A DNA stretch of 64,000 nucleotides from a virus (taxonomy: Duplodnaviria; Caudoviricetes): IMG/VR virus record IMGVR_UViG_3300033073_001027, positions 38,114-102,113 of that record. One strand, given 5' to 3'. Shown here in pieces: positions 39,404 through 47,181 of this stretch. Numbering within the stretch: position 1 is the stretch's first letter; the number at the start of each line of letters is the position of its first letter. Under the pieces are notes generated by a model. That model saw nothing but the letters and a program-made list of their open reading frames with translations. It was not told the origin of the DNA and searched no databases. The translations under genes and the position numbers were made by a program.

Positions 39404-39520
39404 GGGAACATATCCTTACTGTTTAGCATTTCGTCACGTTCTTCATCAGTGACTTTAGAAGTAAATATACTATAGATCGTGTAAAAAATCAATAGAATTA
39501 TGAAAATAAAAAGAGCGAGA

Positions 39521-39787
39521 TCACTCGTCATAATTCACCACATGCACCTGTTGCAACGCTCGTTCTGGTCCCCATGATTCGAGATATGGGGCATCCTCAA
39601 AGAATAGACGAGCGATTTCCGCATCGTCAACTTCACGGCAACCGACGATGCTCTCATCAATATGCATCTGCCCCAACTCTTCTACATTATTCATGGTGAC
39701 TTCATCTTTGGCATGTTCTGGACTGTTACATTCCACTACATACCGCATACGAAACATGCTGATAGTTTCTACTAGATACTTGGGCAT
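39521..39787 (-). CDS. Hypothetical protein
   Basis: LVETISMFRMRYVV phage motif. Confidence 0.7.
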   Translation of the reverse strand: MPKYLVETISMFRMRYVVECNSPEHAKDEVTMNNVEELGQMHIDESIVGCREVDDAEIARLFFEDAPYLESWGPERALQQVHVVNYDE

Positions 39788-40014
39788 TACGAACTCACCT
39801 TCTTATGAACCATGTTAATGTGCTTACACTTGTTGTGGAAATTGAATCCAACACAATCACAGACCCAACCACGTTCTGTCATGGTGGTATTATACTGCTT
39901 ACCCTTAGAGTTTACATAGGGCCAAGTAAAACCAACAAGATGATGATCTTCACTGAAATTAATACCAGGAAGAGCAACAGGAGTCCGATATGGACTTACA
40001 CCAGGAACAATCAA
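39787..40014 (-). CDS. SWIM zinc-finger protein
   Basis: CDC..F...CKH. Confidence 0.7.
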   Translation of the reverse strand: MIVPGVSPYRTPVALPGINFSEDHHLVGFTWPYVNSKGKQYNTTMTERGWVCDCVGFNFHNKCKHINMVHKKVSS

Positions 40015-40202
40015 TTCAACTTCCCATCATATAAACGTAACCACGGTTGACCAGCAAGCAAATGAGAATACTTTTCTTCAAGATCATCAGCGACCTTGGT
40101 CCAATATTCCTTCGCCCAATCACTCTTTGCATTGTACGCTGTATCAAGACATTTGTCAATAGAATTTAGCAACCAAACCCAATTTTTATTCCGTTCCATC
40201 AC
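40011..40202 (-). CDS. Hypothetical protein
   Basis: ORF in operon. Confidence 0.55.
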   Translation of the reverse strand: MMERNKNWVWLLNSIDKCLDTAYNAKSDWAKEYWTKVADDLEEKYSHLLAGQPWLRLYDGKLN

Positions 40203-40620
40203 GCTTCGCCTTATACAAATTTACACCTGCTTCTCTGAACATCATCTCGGTAATATCCCAATGGAATGTGTCCTCTCGATCAGGTTCGTAACAAATAACC
40301 TTCTTGATACCACGCTGGATGATGCTCTTGGCGCATTCATTGCAAGGCATCAGAGGCACATACATTGTGCAACCCTCGACCGACATGGGAGAGTTATCTA
40401 GAGCATTGCGTTCTGCGTGTGCCACGAAGAGGTGCTTCGTGGGTCGATCCTCGTATCGTTTTGCGAGATCCTTCACACCACGGGGGAATCCATTGTACCC
40501 AATGGAGATAATACGATTTCGATCATCAACAATGACTGCACCCAACTTGGTGCGAGGATCATACGACCATTCACCGATATGCTCAGCGAGATCCAGAAAA
40601 CGCTTCGACCACTTACCCAT
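40186..40620 (-). CDS. cd: dCMP deaminase
   Basis: GYNGFPRG, HAE, PCNEC. Confidence 0.93.
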   Translation of the reverse strand: MGKWSKRFLDLAEHIGEWSYDPRTKLGAVIVDDRNRIISIGYNGFPRGVKDLAKRYEDRPTKHLFVAHAERNALDNSPMSVEGCTMYVPLMPCNECAKSIIQRGIKKVICYEPDREDTFHWDITEMMFREAGVNLYKAKRDGTE

Positions 40621-40822
40621 CGTAGTCTACACCCTCGTCTTGCTTGCGACCAGAATGATGATCGTCAGACACGCAAACCATCTGGACAGTAGATTTTGTG
40701 TATCTACGAGCAACAGGTTCCATCATCATATAACAAGTTGCTTCGTCTGGATAAACAATTTCTCTCTTTGCGACGAATTCACCTCTGGGATTCAACAGAA
40801 AAATGATCAACCAGAACTTCAT
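40613..40822 (-). CDS. Small protein, paralog of next gene
   Basis: KFWLII..GEFVAK..C..CVSDD. Confidence 0.65.
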   Translation of the reverse strand: MKFWLIIFLLNPRGEFVAKREIVYPDEATCYMMMEPVARRYTKSTVQMVCVSDDHHSGRKQDEGVDYDG

Positions 40823-41019
40823 CACTTGCGTTCCAGAACATGACGATACTCTTCGTCGCTGACACATTCGAACTGAGCATGAAGTTTGGTGTTGATAATA
40901 GTCTTGGCGACATCACCAGCAAACTCCTCGCACTGCGCAGGACTGGCAGTCTCATAGACATCCTTTGCCATGAATTCACCCTCTGCGGTGAACAGATATA
41001 CCAAAAGCCAATAGGTCAC
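40822..41019 (-). CDS. Small protein, paralog of previous gene
   Basis: TYWLLV..GEFMAK..C..CVSDE. Confidence 0.65.
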   Translation of the reverse strand: MTYWLLVYLFTAEGEFMAKDVYETASPAQCEEFAGDVAKTIINTKLHAQFECVSDEEYRHVLERK

Positions 41020-41222
41020 TTCACAACTCCATACAGAAGAATGGCAAGGATAAATGCATTGACGGTAACAAGCGCATTGTCCTTCATACGGACAGCGGCA
41101 TATGCCCAGACCAACGCACCAACGATCGACAGGAACATATCAGCAGAGTGATAGTTAAACGAACGACAGGCAGCAGCGGCGATGACGCATCCAGTGCCGA
41201 TCCACTTCAAAGCATTAAGCAT
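41016..41222 (-). CDS. Small three-TM membrane protein
   Basis: Hydrophobic; KWIGT, D.AL..VN. Confidence 0.65.
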   Translation of the reverse strand: MLNALKWIGTGCVIAAAACRSFNYHSADMFLSIVGALVWAYAAVRMKDNALVTVNAFILAILLYGVVK

Positions 41223-41386
41223 GGGATTCTTCCAGAGCGAGAGCAACACCACCGATGAACATCAGCAAACCAAGACCACCCTGCAGAGCAAGGCGAATCA
41301 GACTGGCATCATCAGGAACGCACATGGTAAGCAGACCAGCAATCATCAAACCGTACTTCATAACAAATCCTTTTCAATTATGTTTC

Positions 41387-41415
41387 ATTCTACCCTATTT
41401 TCGGGTAAATGTCAA
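41387..41415 (-). promoter_or_regulatory. Early promoter
   Basis: TTGACA-N17-TAGAAT. Confidence 0.8.
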
Positions 41416-41741
41416 GCCGCTATCTTATCGAAACCGAACGAAGCACAACGGAAAAGTTCACCATCAACTTCGAGGATGTCACCAACCGACATCGACGAGC
41501 AAGGACCAAGACGCTCAACCAGAGCAGCATCATCCCAGAGGTTCATGGCACGGAATGCTTCTTCCATGTTATCAGTAGCAACCGTAGCAACATGGGTATA
41601 GAACTGGAAGTTTTCTGCCTTGAACAGACGGTCAAACGAGCGATCAAAGAATGCCTTTGCTTTGGGGAACGACTCGTCGCGATTGATGGCATCAACTTCA
41701 GCGTCGGTCAGGCGGATTTGGTAAACCTTGATCATTTTCAT
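41412..41741 (-). CDS. Hypothetical early protein (SMSVGDI motif, YodL-like)
   Basis: KVYQI...LEEAF...SMSVGDI...GF. Confidence 0.7.
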   Translation of the reverse strand: MKMIKVYQIRLTDAEVDAINRDESFPKAKAFFDRSFDRLFKAENFQFYTHVATVATDNMEEAFRAMNLWDDAALVERLGPCSSMSVGDILEVDGELFRCASFGFDKIAA

Positions 41742-41762
41742 TTCCTTTTTCATCATATATAC

Positions 41763-41791
41763 ACTCTACCATATTTTACCGAAAATGTCAA
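41763..41791 (-). promoter_or_regulatory. Early promoter
   Basis: GGGGCTTGACA-N17-TAGAGT. Confidence 0.8.
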
Positions 41792-41978
41792 GCCCCCATA
41801 TGTCGTTTTTTTGAAAAAAGATTCTATACGCCCCAATGCCTTATTGCATTGGCGATGATAAAAATATTGGTTACCACTGCTTGTAAGATTAAAAACGTGC
41901 GAATCCAAGCAACCTTGTCGGATTCACGATCGCACGGGGATGCCTTTTCACCCAGTGCCTTTGCCCATAATTTCCACA

Positions 41979-42296
41979 TTAACCAATCAACGATCCCCCT
42001 GCCTTCTTTCGTGCCTTGTCTACGGCATCACGAGTCTTAATGTCTTTGATCGACTTAGAACCATACTTTTCTGCCATTGGGGTGTTAGGATTTGCCTCAG
42101 CAACCTTTGCAAATACTTCCTTAACGTGGTCTGGCACCTTGCCGCCACCATCTGAACCAGCGGCATGCACGAAGTTGATCTTCTTATACATGATCTGGAT
42201 CTTGCCATCTGCAGTGAGAGACTTCATGTCTTCGTAGGACATCTTTTCTTCCCACTCTTCGCCTGTCTCGGTATTCATCAAGTCATATACTGGCAT
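41979..42296 (-). CDS. FmdB-like conserved T4-like phage protein
   Basis: MPVYD..NTETGE.WE..MS. Confidence 0.7.
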   Translation of the reverse strand: MPVYDLMNTETGEEWEEKMSYEDMKSLTADGKIQIMYKKINFVHAAGSDGGGKVPDHVKEVFAKVAEANPNTPMAEKYGSKSIKDIKTRDAVDKARKKAGGSLIG

Positions 42297-42313
42297 TTTA
42301 TCTCTTTCTAAAC

Positions 42314-42390
42314 TGGTAGGGATAGTGGGATTCGAACCCACACTGTAGAGATTTTAAGTCTCCTGTCTCTGCCGATTGGACTATATCCCC
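42314..42390 (-). tRNA. tRNA-Leu(UAA), short variable arm
   Basis: Cloverleaf, CT-TAA-AA loop, encoded CCA. Confidence 0.85.
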
Positions 42391-42391
42391 A

Positions 42392-42467
42392 TGGGGTGGA
42401 TGATGGGGATCGAACCCACGACATTCGGTACCACAAACCGACGCTCTACCACTGAGCTACAACCACC
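42392..42467 (-). tRNA. tRNA-His(GUG)
   Basis: G-1, C73, CCA. Confidence 0.92.
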
Positions 42468-42480
42468 ATAATCATATTAT

Positions 42481-42532
42481 ATAGTTGAGAGACTAACCAT
42501 GGTCTCTCGCGTGCTTATTAAGTAGCAACCCT
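42481..42532 (-). ncRNA. Small structured intergenic element
   Basis: GAGAGAC/GTCTCTC hairpin plus GGTTG/CAACT pairing. Confidence 0.35.
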
Positions 42533-42535
42533 AAC

Positions 42536-42622
42536 TGGCGGAAGGTGTGGGAGTCGAACCCACTCAACCATTTCTGGTTGACGCATTAGCAGTGCGTTGC
42601 ATTACCGTCCTGCCCACCTTCC
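42536..42622 (-). tRNA. tRNA-Ser(GCU)
   Basis: Long variable arm, G73, CCA. Confidence 0.92.
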
Positions 42623-42639
42623 AAACGGATCTTTTAACT

Positions 42640-43521
42640 TTATCTTAAATAATTATCACTTAATGTACTATCAAAACCCAAATAAGTCAACCAATTTTTA
42701 TACAATTTTTTTGATCCGTCATCCATCATTGCACGCACTGACCGATGAATACCATGAGTATAACTCTGAAGAAACTCACACCGTTCTATCTGCTGTGCGA
42801 TGTAATCCTTTACAGGAATGCTTGTATCAATCTCGTGCTCATTGAGTGCACTTGACATCCATTCTTTTGGATCGTCATACTCCTCTGGGTTGACATAGAA
42901 CCAGTAGAGGTGGTATTCTGATCGCGGAACATGATACATTTCAGATGCAAAAAACATCTTTTCGATATCAATCTCATCATAAATCTTGCGACTAATCTCA
43001 GTATTCATGACGAATGGCGATTCACATGCACCACCACAGAACTTATCAGGGATCGGCAACCCAGTTTCTTGGGAGATATACAGCAACCAATTTCGCATAA
43101 CATGCAGTCGTGGAAGTGTCATGACTTCCTTTGTATCTCTATACCGTCCACTACCATGACGTAACGGGAGATCATCAAAGTCGATAGTGCGAACAAAAAA
43201 GTTCTTGCTGTCCAGCGACAGATATCGCTCCGAGGTGACCAACTTTGATGCTGCAAACGAGAGAACCTGTTGCCGCCTCCACCCATACGTAAAGGGAGCA
43301 GAAAACTCCTCGTCACGATTATCTCGAATTGAAAAGGATAGATTTAATTGGTGTTTGGTATAGAATGGGGATAGAATGTCTTCCCATTCTGTCAGGGATA
43401 GGGAATTGTCTTCAACAATCACCCAATGCTTCGCAGGTTTCTCGACATACTTATCGATTGAATGTGCCTGTAGCATGATTTCATTAATGTCTCGTTTACA
43501 GACAACAGTTACAAGTTCCAT
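42640..43521 (-). CDS. DUF6492-like (GT-A-type) protein
   Basis: GWRRQQ, LDSKNFF; paralog at 44084. Confidence 0.6.
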   Translation of the reverse strand: MELVTVVCKRDINEIMLQAHSIDKYVEKPAKHWVIVEDNSLSLTEWEDILSPFYTKHQLNLSFSIRDNRDEEFSAPFTYGWRRQQVLSFAASKLVTSERYLSLDSKNFFVRTIDFDDLPLRHGSGRYRDTKEVMTLPRLHVMRNWLLYISQETGLPIPDKFCGGACESPFVMNTEISRKIYDEIDIEKMFFASEMYHVPRSEYHLYWFYVNPEEYDDPKEWMSSALNEHEIDTSIPVKDYIAQQIERCEFLQSYTHGIHRSVRAMMDDGSKKLYKNWLTYLGFDSTLSDNYLR

Positions 43522-43532
43522 GTGCTATCCTT

Positions 43533-43609
43533 TGGTGACCCCTACGGGATTCGAACCCGTGATCTTCGCCGTGAAAGGGCGATGTCCTGGACCGCTAGAC
43601 GAAGGGGCC
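43533..43609 (-). tRNA. tRNA-Glu(UUC)
   Basis: Cloverleaf, CCA. Confidence 0.93.
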
Positions 43610-43612
43610 AAA

Positions 43613-43849
43613 TTAAAGTCCTACTGCATTCTTATATGTATCGAGAAGTGCTTCTTCTTCCATGCGGACATGTGCTTCCAACTTGCGCAGACGGATAATC
43701 TGACGAACAGTCTTGGGAACATACCCAACTGACTTCAGTTCCGAGTAGACTTCCTTGCGGTCAATCTTCTTCTCTTCCAGTTCTGCCTCGATCGTTTCGA
43801 TACGAGTAATATACTGCATAAGTTCTTCACTGATAATTTGATCGCTCAT
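43613..43849 (-). CDS. gapR: GapR/DUF2312 nucleoid-associated protein
   Basis: YITRIE.IE.E...D.KEVY.ELKS.GY..K.VRQIIRLRK..EE..LLD.Y. Confidence 0.85.
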   Translation of the reverse strand: MSDQIISEELMQYITRIETIEAELEEKKIDRKEVYSELKSVGYVPKTVRQIIRLRKLEAHVRMEEEALLDTYKNAVGL

Positions 43850-43867
43850 TATATACCTTTCTAAGAA

Positions 43868-43945
43868 TGGAGTGACGGGTGGGATTTGAACCCACGGTTT
43901 TCAGGTTTTGCAGACCTGTGCATTGGACCACTCTGCCACCGTCAC
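43868..43945 (-). tRNA. tRNA-Cys(GCA)
   Basis: U73, CCA. Confidence 0.9.
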
Positions 43946-43946
43946 G

Positions 43947-44018
43947 TGGTACCAGCAGTAGGTAACGCTCCTACCAAACCAACCTTATGAGAGTCGGTCG
44001 AACACTTGTTCTGCTGGC
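43947..44018 (-). tRNA. Non-canonical tRNA, anticodon CAU
   Basis: 7-bp acceptor, no U8-N9 linker, 4-nt D loop, 6-bp anticodon stem, T loop AGCGTTA, CCA. Confidence 0.65.
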
Positions 44019-44019
44019 A

Positions 44020-44093
44020 TGGTTGTCTCGGGAAGAATCGAACTTCCATCTACCGATTATCAGTCGGTTGCTCTACCGTTGAGCTACGAGACA
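44020..44093 (-). tRNA. tRNA-Ile(GAU)
   Basis: Cloverleaf, CCA. Confidence 0.9.
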
Positions 44094-45028
44094 AAACTCG
44101 TTGGATTCATATAATTATTTACTAACTCACTATCAAGACCCAGGGAAATCAACCAGTTTCCATAAAATGATTTAGCATTTTGCGGAAGATAATTTCTAAT
44201 TCCACTATGTATGCCATGAGTTGGACTATTAATATCTACACATTGATTTATTGAATGCTCAAGAAATTGGGCATGATAATTTTCATCATCCGTATTTGTT
44301 GTAATCTCAAACCTTGTATTGGTAAAGGGATCAGTTCCCTGAGCAATTCTATAATTATCAATTGCAGGGCAAACTAAATTCTGAGGTTCATCATAATCCT
44401 CTTCATCAACAAAGAAATAATAGTAATCGCATTCTCCTGCTGGAACAACTCCATCATTGTTCATGAAAAGAGTTTCGAAAAGTGGATGATCCGTTGCCTT
44501 TCTACATATCTCTTTGTTGAAAACAAATGGTGTTGGCATTGCTCCTGGTAGTCGCGGAGGCATTTTCATACCAGTCTTAGATACTACATAATGCATCCAT
44601 TTTCCAGCAGGAAAACGTTCATCAAACCCGTAATGGTATCTGCCGTTGCCATGTTTAAACGGCCATTGGTCGAGATCAGTAGGACGGACAAATATATTCT
44701 TGCAATCAAGAATCAATGCACTTTCACCAAAAACCTGTGATGCTACTTGCAACTTTAACATTGCCGATCTTCGCCATCCAAATCCTTTAGTTTCAAACAT
44801 TCCAGTATGAGGAACAAATTCAGGATTTTCTGGACGAGGTACGGAAGTTAAAATCAACTCATGTTTTGTATAAAATGGAGAGAGTATCTCATACCATTTA
44901 TCCAATGATAATGAGTCATCTTCAATAGTCACATAATGTCGACACGGAGAAACGAATTTATTGATAGTATGTGCTTGTAGAACAATATCAGCAAGATCTT
45001 GTTCACAAACAATAGTAACTATATCCAT
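44084..45028 (-). CDS. DUF6492-like (GT-A-type) protein
   Basis: GWRRS..LKL, LDCKNIF; paralog of 42640. Confidence 0.6.
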   Translation of the reverse strand: MDIVTIVCEQDLADIVLQAHTINKFVSPCRHYVTIEDDSLSLDKWYEILSPFYTKHELILTSVPRPENPEFVPHTGMFETKGFGWRRSAMLKLQVASQVFGESALILDCKNIFVRPTDLDQWPFKHGNGRYHYGFDERFPAGKWMHYVVSKTGMKMPPRLPGAMPTPFVFNKEICRKATDHPLFETLFMNNDGVVPAGECDYYYFFVDEEDYDEPQNLVCPAIDNYRIAQGTDPFTNTRFEITTNTDDENYHAQFLEHSINQCVDINSPTHGIHSGIRNYLPQNAKSFYGNWLISLGLDSELVNNYMNPTSFVS

Positions 45029-45043
45029 ACTCTCTCCTTAATT

Positions 45044-45119
45044 TGGTGGACACTCTGGGGTTCGAACCCAGGACCTACAGGTTAAAAGCCCGTTGCTCTA
45101 CCTACTGAGCTAAGTGTCC
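45044..45119 (-). tRNA. tRNA-Lys(UUU)
   Basis: Cloverleaf, CCA. Confidence 0.93.
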
Positions 45120-45123
45120 AAAC

Positions 45124-45199
45124 TGGTAGACCCTGTAGGATTCGAACCTACGACCTGCGGATTAAGAGTCCGACGCTCTACCGACTGAGCTAAGGGTCC
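45124..45199 (-). tRNA. tRNA-Lys(CUU)
   Basis: Cloverleaf, CCA. Confidence 0.93.
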
Positions 45200-45206
45200 A
45201 TAAAAC

Positions 45207-45282
45207 TGGTAGACGAGGAGGGACTCGAACCCCCAACCTAATCCTTATGAGGGATCAGCTCTAACCATTGAGCTACTCGTCC
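45207..45282 (-). tRNA. tRNA-Ile2/Met(CAU), probably Ile2
   Basis: CT-CAT-AA loop; body resembles Ile2. Confidence 0.85.
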
Positions 45283-45283
45283 A

Positions 45284-45460
45284 TTAACCGAAGTAAGGGT
45301 CGATACCCGAATCGATTTCTCGTTCTACAATATCAATCCAATCGTAAGAGATGACACGGTAGTCATCCCGATACATTTCTGCTTGTTCTTGCGAGGAGAA
45401 CACACCGAGAAGGGTATGACCTTCGTAGTCAATACCACCCATAAGAACGAAAACCGACAT
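45284..45460 (-). CDS. Hypothetical protein
   Basis: DYEG..LLGVFSS.E.A phage motif. Confidence 0.65.
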   Translation of the reverse strand: MSVFVLMGGIDYEGHTLLGVFSSQEQAEMYRDDYRVISYDWIDIVEREIDSGIDPYFG

Positions 45461-45843
45461 CACAAAGTTCCTTTCACATATCCAAACGGCAGACCCAACC
45501 GCCATTCCAGACTTTCATAACCATAAAACTCAAAGTCGTCGAGGCAATCCTCGGCGTCCATGATAATACGAAGCGCACTGATGCGATCCGTATTAGAAAC
45601 AAGGTTCATTACCTCGACGATGCGAGTTTCGAACCGAGAGATTGCTTCGCGCTGCTCTTCGCGCTCTTGCTCCATCTTCTGGTTGAGACGCTTGACCAGA
45701 AACTCGTAGTCACGGTCAAACTCTTCAACCGACTCGAACTGAGCATAACGAGGACGCGAACCATACACATCCTTGTAAAGATCCGAGTAGATGTCACCAT
45801 CCTTAGAATTGGTGGCAGAGTTAATATCAGTAAGAGTAAGCAT
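45460..45843 (-). CDS. Hypothetical early protein
   Basis: YSDLYKDVYGSRPR; GLPFGY. Confidence 0.75.
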   Translation of the reverse strand: MLTLTDINSATNSKDGDIYSDLYKDVYGSRPRYAQFESVEEFDRDYEFLVKRLNQKMEQEREEQREAISRFETRIVEVMNLVSNTDRISALRIIMDAEDCLDDFEFYGYESLEWRLGLPFGYVKGTL

Positions 45844-45869
45844 CACACACCTCATCAATCAATATTCTC

Positions 45870-45898
45870 ACTCTACCCCATTTTCGCGAAAATGTCAA
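45870..45898 (-). promoter_or_regulatory. Early promoter
   Basis: GGGGCTTGACA-N17-TAGAGT, palindromic spacer. Confidence 0.8.
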
Positions 45899-47181
45899 GC
45901 CCCATTTTTTAAAAAATATCGTAATTGATGAAGATTTATTTTTGTCTCGGTTGTCCAGGTTTTCTTGTCTAGATGGTGTATTTGATATCGACAATCTCGA
46001 GAGAAATGACAATCTTCCCAGAAAACAATGTGGTCATCAATGACAGTCAGATCTTTTCCAGTGACGTTACGTAGAACCTCTTCAGTAACGTTCTTTTCCA
46101 GTCTACCAAAGTGACTCCAGGTTCCGTCAGAGCGAGGACTGATATAATCTTGAAGAACTACACCTTCAAATGTAGGTCCAGACACCTCTACTAGACAGGT
46201 TTGCGGAGACCATTGCATTTCATAGAAGTAATCTGGTTCTCTTCCCAACCAGTTAGGAATATACTTCGAATCTTTCGTGACATGATTCAGCAGCAATGGG
46301 ATGCCTGTATCTACTGAACCATAATGCGACATAAACTCTACGTTGTGCTTAGCACAGTAGTCGATATATTCTTCTGGCACCGTGTATCCACTGATATTAA
46401 TCTTTGGTGCAACGTCAAACACAACATCAGAAGCAATCATATCCTCTACCACAAAATGACTACCAAAGAAAACTTGATCAATTTTCTTTTCCTTCATGAA
46501 TGGGAAGAACCCTGACATGTTATGGTAGATATTGTAGTAGTAATGCTTGGATGCTACCATGAGAGAAGGCAACATGAACGTTAACATACAACTGACATGG
46601 TGCATGTTTCGGGTATGGCAAACAACAGATTCCTGAGTAAACCCAAACACACTGATATTTCTGTTCGCGAGAGAATAACAATCCTGCTGTGTAAACTCTA
46701 CGATCTTACCTTCGCTGGTGGTGCCACTGGTGGAACCGCAAACGTACACATCATTCATGTCACCATGAATTTCTGTATACTCGCCTGCGTGCGCAAGGAT
46801 CTCTTCTTCCATGATATTGACAGTGCAATATCGAGCAACCATCTCGGCGTATGCCGCATTTGCTTGCAGATATTCATCCATAACATGATAGTCGATTGGC
46901 GCGAATAATGCTGCTTTGGTGGCAGGAACAGTCTCCATACAGACAGGTTTGTCTAGTAGAACAAGACGCATTCCCAATTCACCTGCAGCAAATACGAGAG
47001 CAAGATGATTCGGGCTGACCATAACAAGTGAAATGCCAAGAGAGTTTCCCCTCTTGGCACCACGATTGACCAATAGAGATTTCCATCGGTCGATCAGAGA
47101 ACAGAACCCAATCCTCGACAGTACATTTCCAAACTCGTCTTCATATGTAAATGTCGAAGGAATTAAATTCTTATTGATCAT
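45895..47181 (-). CDS. Adenylate-forming (ANL superfamily) enzyme-like protein
   Basis: STSGTT..KIV, HYGS, D..FGR, TKI; KPVCMETV.ATK shared with paralogs. Confidence 0.75.
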   Translation of the reverse strand: MINKNLIPSTFTYEDEFGNVLSRIGFCSLIDRWKSLLVNRGAKRGNSLGISLVMVSPNHLALVFAAGELGMRLVLLDKPVCMETVPATKAALFAPIDYHVMDEYLQANAAYAEMVARYCTVNIMEEEILAHAGEYTEIHGDMNDVYVCGSTSGTTSEGKIVEFTQQDCYSLANRNISVFGFTQESVVCHTRNMHHVSCMLTFMLPSLMVASKHYYYNIYHNMSGFFPFMKEKKIDQVFFGSHFVVEDMIASDVVFDVAPKINISGYTVPEEYIDYCAKHNVEFMSHYGSVDTGIPLLLNHVTKDSKYIPNWLGREPDYFYEMQWSPQTCLVEVSGPTFEGVVLQDYISPRSDGTWSHFGRLEKNVTEEVLRNVTGKDLTVIDDHIVFWEDCHFSRDCRYQIHHLDKKTWTTETKINLHQLRYFLKNGA

